Origin: Proteobacteria bacterium UBA6503
GTDB taxonomy: Bacteria > Pseudomonadota > Alphaproteobacteria > UBA1280 > UBA6503
Assembly (NCBI GenBank): GCA_002436405.1
Contig: DJLZ01000001.1
Span: forward strand, 782,001 to 846,000
Length of the DNA: 64,000 nt
Direction: 5' to 3'
In this document: positions 58,138-64,000 of the stretch, piece after piece
How positions within the stretch are numbered: the stretch's first letter is position 1
Layout of the letters: every line of letters starts with the position of its first letter
The notes under the pieces: generated by a model
What the model was told of the DNA's origin: nothing
Databases searched by the model: none
Seen by the model: the letters and a program-made list of their open reading frames with translations, nothing else
Program-made: the position numbers and the translations under genes

Positions 58138-59496
58138 ATGCAGCACGAAGCAGACTTGGTTATTGTTGGCGGCGGCCTGGTAGGCATGCTTACCGCCCTT
58201 GAAGCGCAGCGCGCTGGGCTTGATGTTTGCTTGGTGGATAAAAACTTTTCTAAATCGGGCGACCATGCCCCATCGGTTTTGGTAAGTATGGGTATCCCCG
58301 GTGTTGTGAATCCTATTTTCAATTACAGCTTAAAACAATGGGCCGCTCTTGCTGAGTCAGTAGATGAGCCTATTGGCCTTAACCGCAATGGCGTGGGCTT
58401 TGTAAGTTTAAGCGAAGTACAAACCAATCAGTTTGAAGGCGTTGCAAATACTAAGGCTGAATTTACCCTTTTAAAAACACCAGAAGACATGGCAAAGGCC
58501 TTGAACGTTCCTCAGGTGGGGAATATCCATAGCTTACTGATGGAGTCGGATGGGTTTCATATTTACTCAAGCATGACGCACGATGCCCTGCGCCGCGACC
58601 TTGTTAAAGGTGGCGCCCGTGTATTTGGTAGTGATGCCGTGGCTGAGCTTTTAATCGATAATGAAAAAGTTGTGGGTATTAAAACTAAGGACGATGAAAT
58701 TCGTGCAAAGCACGTGGCACTGTGTGCCGGTGCATGGACGGGTAAGCTATTAAAGCAGTTTGGCCTAAACCTGCCAATGCGCCCAGCACGTAGCCACCGT
58801 ATTGAACTTTCAGTTACCGGTGAAATGCCAAAACAACCACTCATGTATTTACTGCGTGAGGGGAATATTCTTATCCGCCCGATGCGCAATGGCCGCGTAC
58901 TTGTGGTTTACACGGGCCTTTCGGATGACAACCAAGCCACGTGGAGCACCCATGTTGACCACCCAACCGTTAAAGGCGTGGTAAGTGCCGTTGCCCGTAT
59001 TTTGCCAGCCCTTGCCAATGCCAAAGTGCAAGAGGTTGAGGCGAGCACCCTTGCCGTAACGCCCGACATGCTGCCTTACCTTGGCCGTGTGGCGAGTATG
59101 GAGGGTTTGTATGTGGCGGCAGGCATGAACAGCCAAACGTTTATGTATGCGCCAGCGGTGGCAAAGTCAGTCGCGCTTTTGGTTAAAGGTGAAGCCCCTG
59201 AAATAGACCTTACGCCCTTTAGCCCTGACCGCTATATCCTAAAAGACTTAACAGCCCAAGCGGCCGCAGCTGCCGCAAACGGCGATGACCAAGAGTCTGA
59301 AGTTGAAGCCGCCCTACGTGCTGAGCTTGAAGGCCTAGACCCTGCCGAAATTGAGCGCCAAATTGCAGCGTCTATCGCTGAGCGTAAGGCACGTTACGAA
59401 GCGGGTAACCTGAAAGACCAAGGCCAAAAACTGGTTGATAAGGATGGCCACGTGGAATATGCCAAGGTTAAGGACGATACGACAGCCGGCGAATAA
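58138..59496 (+). CDS. FAD-dependent oxidoreductase (DAO family) with an ~80 aa acidic/helical C-terminal extension
   Basis: Rossmann 'VIVGGGLVGMLTALEAQRAGLDVCLVDK'. DAO-like body. Unusual tail rich in A/E/K. Confidence 0.75.
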   Translation: MQHEADLVIVGGGLVGMLTALEAQRAGLDVCLVDKNFSKSGDHAPSVLVSMGIPGVVNPIFNYSLKQWAALAESVDEPIGLNRNGVGFVSLSEVQTNQFEGVANTKAEFTLLKTPEDMAKALNVPQVGNIHSLLMESDGFHIYSSMTHDALRRDLVKGGARVFGSDAVAELLIDNEKVVGIKTKDDEIRAKHVALCAGAWTGKLLKQFGLNLPMRPARSHRIELSVTGEMPKQPLMYLLREGNILIRPMRNGRVLVVYTGLSDDNQATWSTHVDHPTVKGVVSAVARILPALANAKVQEVEASTLAVTPDMLPYLGRVASMEGLYVAAGMNSQTFMYAPAVAKSVALLVKGEAPEIDLTPFSPDRYILKDLTAQAAAAAANGDDQESEVEAALRAELEGLDPAEIERQIAASIAERKARYEAGNLKDQGQKLVDKDGHVEYAKVKDDTTAGE

Positions 59497-59554
59497 AACT
59501 ATCGACTGACAAAATTCTCTCCTCACGCTATAGTGCTTTTAAGGAGAAATTCAA

Positions 59555-61366
59555 ATGGCTGACGCACAAGTAACACCCCAAGACCTACCTCAAAATGCTT
59601 CAGATGCTCTATCTGTGACGGGCAAGCGTTGGCAATGGCGCCACAATAAAATGGCCCACGGTATTGGTCTAGCCCAGCGCCTTCAGGTGCCTGAAATTGT
59701 TGGCCAAATTTTGGCCTCACGCATCGAAACACCCGAAGAAGGCCGCATCTTCCTTGAGCCTAACCTACGTAACCTACCTGACCCGCTTGAACTAAAAGAC
59801 ATGGATAAAGCGGTTGAGCGTTTGGTCAAAGCCGTAACCGATAAAGAACAAATCACCATTTTTGGCGATTACGACGTTGACGGCAGCTGCGGTAGCGCCC
59901 TGCTGATGAAATACTTCGGTTGGCTTGGGTGTGGCCCGCATCTTTACATCCCCGACCGTATGAGTGAAGGCTACGGCCCAAACCCTGGCGCGATGGAAAA
60001 AATCCACGAAGCGGGTGGCAAGGTGATTGTTACTGTTGATACGGGTAGCCTTGCTTTTGATGCCTTTAACCGTGCAAAAGAACTTGGCCTTGATGTTGTG
60101 ATTACCGATCACCACCAAACCCAAAGCGATTTTCCGCCGTGTGTAGCCTTGGTCAACCCTAACCGTATGGATGAAACCTCAGACCTTACAAACCTAGCAG
60201 GCGCAGGCGTAGCCTTTATGCTTGTGATGGCCGTAAACCGTGGCCTACGTGAAGCAAACTATTTTGAAGGTAAGCAAGAGCCTGACCTACGCCAACTGCT
60301 TGACCTTGTGGCTGTTGCCAGTGTGTGCGACATGGTGCCTCTAACTGGTATTAACCGTATTCTGGTTGATCGTGGCCTTAAGGTTATGGGCCAGCGCAGT
60401 AATATGGGCTTAACCGCATTGGCTGATGTTTCAGGCCTTGATACCAAGCCTGGGACATACCACGCAGGCTTTATGGTGGGTCCCCGTATTAACGCAGGCG
60501 GCCGTATTGGCGCGTGCGACCTTGGCGCAAACTTGCTACTAACCCAAGTGCCAGAAGAAGCCCGCTCGATGGCGGCGCACCTGAATGCCCTTAACGAAGA
60601 ACGTAAAGAAATTGAGCAACAAGTACTAACCCAAGCGCTTGATAAAGCCGATGAAATTATGAAGCAAAACCCAGCCTCACTTGTGGTGGCAGGCGAGGGG
60701 TGGCACCCCGGTGTGATTGGTATTGTGGCCGCTCGCATCAAAGAAGTACACCACCGCCCGATTTTTGTAGTCAGCTTTGATGAAGACGGTGTGGGCAAAG
60801 GCTCAGGCCGCTCAATTACTGGTATTGATTTAGGTAAGGCTGTGATTTCAGCCAAAGAAGCTGGCTTGCTAGAGTCTGGCGGCGGGCACAAAATGGCCGC
60901 TGGCCTTACCGTGTTGAAAGACAAATTTAACCACTTTGTAAAACACCTAGAAGAGCACATCCAAGCCCAAGTTGATAAAGTTGGCGCCGATGTGTTTACC
61001 CCATGCCTTAAGGTTGATGGTACGCTAAGCCCTAAAGGTGCAACCCTTGCCCTACTTGATGATGTTGAAAAACTAGAGCCTTACGGCGCAGGCAACCCTG
61101 AACCACGCTTTGTACTGCCAAGCGTACGTGCCGACGGTATGCGTGTTGTGGGTGAGAATCACCTGAAGTTTCGTCTGACTGATGGCGCAGGCTCTATTGA
61201 TGTAATTGCCTTCCGTGCCATGGCAACGCCCCTTGGCCCATGGCTGATGAACCTGCAAGGCCGCACCGCCACTTTCTGCGGTAAGCTACGCCGCAACGTA
61301 TGGCAAAACCGCGAAAGCATCCAGCTTCAACTTGATGACGCTTATGATGGCAGCTGGGGCTCTTAA
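59555..61366 (+). CDS. recJ: Single-stranded-DNA-specific exonuclease RecJ
   Basis: DHH motifs ('IFGDYDVDGSCGSALL', 'VITDHHQ') plus DHHA1 and an OB-fold C-terminus. Confidence 0.92.
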   Translation: MADAQVTPQDLPQNASDALSVTGKRWQWRHNKMAHGIGLAQRLQVPEIVGQILASRIETPEEGRIFLEPNLRNLPDPLELKDMDKAVERLVKAVTDKEQITIFGDYDVDGSCGSALLMKYFGWLGCGPHLYIPDRMSEGYGPNPGAMEKIHEAGGKVIVTVDTGSLAFDAFNRAKELGLDVVITDHHQTQSDFPPCVALVNPNRMDETSDLTNLAGAGVAFMLVMAVNRGLREANYFEGKQEPDLRQLLDLVAVASVCDMVPLTGINRILVDRGLKVMGQRSNMGLTALADVSGLDTKPGTYHAGFMVGPRINAGGRIGACDLGANLLLTQVPEEARSMAAHLNALNEERKEIEQQVLTQALDKADEIMKQNPASLVVAGEGWHPGVIGIVAARIKEVHHRPIFVVSFDEDGVGKGSGRSITGIDLGKAVISAKEAGLLESGGGHKMAAGLTVLKDKFNHFVKHLEEHIQAQVDKVGADVFTPCLKVDGTLSPKGATLALLDDVEKLEPYGAGNPEPRFVLPSVRADGMRVVGENHLKFRLTDGAGSIDVIAFRAMATPLGPWLMNLQGRTATFCGKLRRNVWQNRESIQLQLDDAYDGSWGS

Positions 61367-61388
61367 TTGTTCTTAGGGCGATAAAACT

Positions 61389-61437
61389 CCCTTTCTTGAG
61401 TTTATGTATTATTCATACACGTCACTCTGCGAAAGGG
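61389..61437. repeat. Structured intergenic palindromic element, copy B
   Basis: Outer inverted repeat ccctttc/gaaaggg flanking the same core TGTATTATTCATACAC. Lies between the convergent recJ and ATP-grasp genes. Confidence 0.65.
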
Positions 61438-61493
61438 AATTTTCTCATCCCTAATCCCTGCTTAAGAAAAGTCTCCACACATATTGTGCATAA

Positions 61494-62972
61494 TTATGAC
61501 TTTAGCTCTAACTCCGTGCGGCGGAGGAGTTCAGCCATAATGGTTTTATAAAGGTCAAGGCCGTAAATTTCGTCCTCGGCGCCTTTATAGCCAGTGTCCA
61601 CGTTGGGGTTATCGTTAATTTCAATCACAAAAACACCACGGTCGTTTTGCTTAAGGTCAACGCCGTAAAGGCCATTGCCAATAAGATTTGCGGCTTTAAG
61701 TGCAGTTTCGAGCACGTCTTTAGGTGTGTCTTCAATACGCACGGCACGGGCATCACCTTCGGCGGCCTTACCCTTTTTCTCGTTATTCACAATTTGCCAG
61801 TGGCCTTTGGCCATGAAGTATTGGCATACAAAAATCACCTTGCCGTTTAAAACGCCCACGCGCCAATCATAGTCAGAGGGCATAAACTCCTGCGCCAAAA
61901 TAATGTCACTTTCAGCCAGCAGTTTGTTCGCTTTAGTCATAAAGTCAGCTGGGTCCGTGGCTTTAAATACACCGCGACTAAACGAGCCTTCAGGGAGTTT
62001 AAGCACCACAGGGTAATCAGTTTTTTCTGCAAAAACTTTGCAGCCCTTGCGGTCAAGAACCGTAGTTTTTGGGGTGGCCACTTTGTGAGCATTTAAAAGC
62101 TCAAACATATACACCTTATTGCAGCAACGCATGATAGACGCTGGGTCGTCAATCACGGGGATACCTTCACCCTCGGCCTTTTTAGCAAAGCGGTAGGTAT
62201 GGTGGGCAATGGCTGTGTTTTCACGAATAAACAAAGCGTCATACTCCATCAAACGGGGCAGGTCAGCGCGGGTAATAAGCTCAGCTTCGGCGCCCAATTG
62301 GTTTGCAGCTTGTACAAACTTTTTAAGGGCTGCTGGGTTTGACGGGCTCATTTTTTCGTGGGGGTCATGCAAAATAGCAATCCACTTTGGGGCACGTTTT
62401 TTTGATTTTTTATCAACCCAAGCCGAGCCTGTAAAAACATCAAGCGCCGCATTAAAGGCGGTAAGTTGTTCTGTGTTTAAGCTGCCTACTGTTAAAGGCT
62501 CAACCGAGATGATTTCCCACTTGTTTTTGTACTTAATTTCAACTTCCAGAATAGGGCAGCGGAAGGTATCAAAAATACGTTTTGAAACATCCTCAAGGGC
62601 GGCAACTTCAGTACGGCCAAAGTAAATATGGAAGGTGTGTGATGAAAAACCACCAGCTGGCTCTTTAAAGCTTTTTTCCAAACGCTCGTTCAGGTCAGCC
62701 ATGTTGGTTTGGTAAAGGCGCTTCCAGTTCAACTCAAGCGCAATTTCAGCCGTCGGAATACAGCGCTGGCCACGGGCTTCGGCCATGAGTGAAACATAGT
62801 AGCCTTTGGCTAGGTATTCATACGGGGCACATAGGTTAATCACACGGGTATGGCGCATGCGTTTTTCGGTGCTATTGGCACGGCTAATAAACTCGGTCGA
62901 GGTCAGCAGCTCGCGGTCGGGCGAGGGGTTAAGTTGAATCTTGTCGTTATCAAGGATGATGTAGTGCTTCAT
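61494..62972 (-). CDS. RimK-type ATP-grasp ligase with an N-terminal RLAN (RimK-like ATP-grasp N-terminal) domain
   Basis: C-terminal ATP-grasp ('VVLKLPEGSFSRGV...IILAQEFMPSDYDWRVGVLNGKVI...GLYGVDL'). ~250 aa N-terminal domain typical of the RLAN family. Confidence 0.7.
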   Translation of the reverse strand: MKHYIILDNDKIQLNPSPDRELLTSTEFISRANSTEKRMRHTRVINLCAPYEYLAKGYYVSLMAEARGQRCIPTAEIALELNWKRLYQTNMADLNERLEKSFKEPAGGFSSHTFHIYFGRTEVAALEDVSKRIFDTFRCPILEVEIKYKNKWEIISVEPLTVGSLNTEQLTAFNAALDVFTGSAWVDKKSKKRAPKWIAILHDPHEKMSPSNPAALKKFVQAANQLGAEAELITRADLPRLMEYDALFIRENTAIAHHTYRFAKKAEGEGIPVIDDPASIMRCCNKVYMFELLNAHKVATPKTTVLDRKGCKVFAEKTDYPVVLKLPEGSFSRGVFKATDPADFMTKANKLLAESDIILAQEFMPSDYDWRVGVLNGKVIFVCQYFMAKGHWQIVNNEKKGKAAEGDARAVRIEDTPKDVLETALKAANLIGNGLYGVDLKQNDRGVFVIEINDNPNVDTGYKGAEDEIYGLDLYKTIMAELLRRTELELKS

Positions 62973-62992
62973 GGGTTTAACCTTTGATGATG

Positions 62993-63484
62993 TTATTTAA
63001 GGTGCATACGCATCTTAAGCGCCGTCATACCATCGGCGTAATAGTTAGGGGCAGTCGCAAAGGTGGTAAACCCTTTGTGGGTATAAAACTGGATAGCATG
63101 GGTATTGTCTTCACGAACTTCGAGGCGAAACTCAGTGATATTTAAAGCTTTAAGGTGCTGGCTTGCGGCTTCAAGCAGTTTGGCCGCAAGGCCCTTGCCT
63201 TGAAAATGCGGCGAAACAGCAATTGAATAAATACGCCCCATGTGCGGGCGGCCTTTATGTAGTAGCACCCAAATATAGCCTGCGGGTTGGCCTTCAAACT
63301 CAGCCATCAGTATGATGTTGCGGCCTTTTGTAAGCGCAGCACGAAATTGGCTTAGGTGAAAGCCATCGGTGGTAAAGCTTTGTTGTTCAATAGAGTTTAT
63401 AGCCGAGAGGTCAGCTAAAGTTGCGGTGCGTATAACGACAGTTTGGGCCGTAGCCTCAACTGTACCAAATGTTACGGTTGGCAA
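62993..63484 (-). CDS. GNAT family N-acetyltransferase (RimI-like)
   Basis: Acetyl-CoA binding motif 'IAVSPHFQGKGLAAKLLE'. Immediately upstream of the ATP-grasp gene. Confidence 0.85.
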   Translation of the reverse strand: MPTVTFGTVEATAQTVVIRTATLADLSAINSIEQQSFTTDGFHLSQFRAALTKGRNIILMAEFEGQPAGYIWVLLHKGRPHMGRIYSIAVSPHFQGKGLAAKLLEAASQHLKALNITEFRLEVREDNTHAIQFYTHKGFTTFATAPNYYADGMTALKMRMHLK

Positions 63485-64000
63485 ACGCGGTTGCGGCCTC
63501 CACGCTTAGCTGCGTAAAGTTGCTCATCGGTTGAAACGATAAGTGCTTCGGCTGTTGTAGGCTCATCTTGGTGGGCCGTGCGCACACCAACTGAGATTGT
63601 AATCGGGAAGGGTTGTTCTTCTGCTTTAAAGAAGTTTTCAACGTTCTGGCGCAGACGCTCAGCAAAAATGAAGGCGGCTTGTTGCTCAACTTCAGGCAAA
63701 ATAATGGCAAACTCTTCACCACCGTAACGGGCGGCGGTATCCATCAAACGGACTTGTTGGCGCAGTACGTCCGCCACTTGGCGAAGTACGCGGTCACCCT
63801 CGGCGTGGCCGTAGGTGTCGTTCACTTTTTTAAAGTGGTCAATGTCAAACATCACAAGGCTAATAGGGCTACCGTAACGCATTTGGCGCTCAAGCTCTTC
63901 TTTGAGGCGGTGCTTAAAGCTTGTTTGGTCAAACAAACCAGTGAGGCCATCACGTGTGGCCACGTTGGCAAGCGAGGCCATTTTAGTTTCTTCAATAATG
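63472..64000 (-). CDS. GGDEF-domain diguanylate cyclase, C-terminal part (5' end lies beyond the window)
   Basis: 'DIDHFKKVNDTYGHAEGDRVL...RYGGEEFAIILP' GGDEF with the RxxD I-site context. The ORF runs off the window end. Confidence 0.85.
   Translation of the reverse strand, partial: IIEETKMASLANVATRDGLTGLFDQTSFKHRLKEELERQMRYGSPISLVMFDIDHFKKVNDTYGHAEGDRVLRQVADVLRQQVRLMDTAARYGGEEFAIILPEVEQQAAFIFAERLRQNVENFFKAEEQPFPITISVGVRTAHQDEPTTAEALIVSTDEQLYAAKRGGRNRVCQP

Overview
This 64 kb window looks like chromosomal DNA from an alphaproteobacterium, about 48-50% GC. The lineage call rests on DUF721/DciA next to mutY, the atpI-atpB-atpE-atpF F0 operon, a Caulobacter-like fliF-fliG-fliH-fliN-flbD operon, and an L19 with a C-terminal extension. 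Bases 1-11.7 kb carry housekeeping genes: rimM (partial), trmD, rplS, a Lon-N-domain protein, a UDG-like protein, Slt, rnhB, three paralogous small membrane proteins, mutY, dciA-like, dsbA-like, atpIBEF and rpmE. Bases 11.7-58 kb form a large polar-flagellum and chemotaxis supercluster. Its members are cheW, fliIJ, flhA, flhF, flbD/fleQ, motA, fliNHGF, two tandem flagellins, flaG, fliDS, fliLM, motE-like, cheYZBA, a motB pair, fliOP, a small FlhB-C-like gene, fliK, flgDE and cheR. The most interesting feature sits inside this cluster, directly after fliI-fliJ: a contiguous wecB(nfrC)-nfrB-nfrA-like module. NfrB-like is a family-2 glycosyltransferase with a C-terminal c-di-GMP-binding MshEN domain, and NfrA-like is a TPR plus beta-barrel outer-membrane protein. 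The module is followed by a GC-rich orphan membrane-protein gene bracketed by terminators. Other oddities: tag (3-methyladenine glycosylase) sits in the flhA-flhF operon where flhG normally is; there is a second FliK-C-domain protein; CheA has three 34-aa tandem repeats in place of the P2 domain; a large TPR periplasmic protein follows motB; three clean sigma-54 promoters are present; and a ~50 bp structured intergenic element occurs twice. The 3' end carries a FAD oxidoreductase, recJ, an RLAN/ATP-grasp plus GNAT pair, and a partial GGDEF gene. No tRNA, rRNA, CRISPR, IS or prophage structures were recognised.
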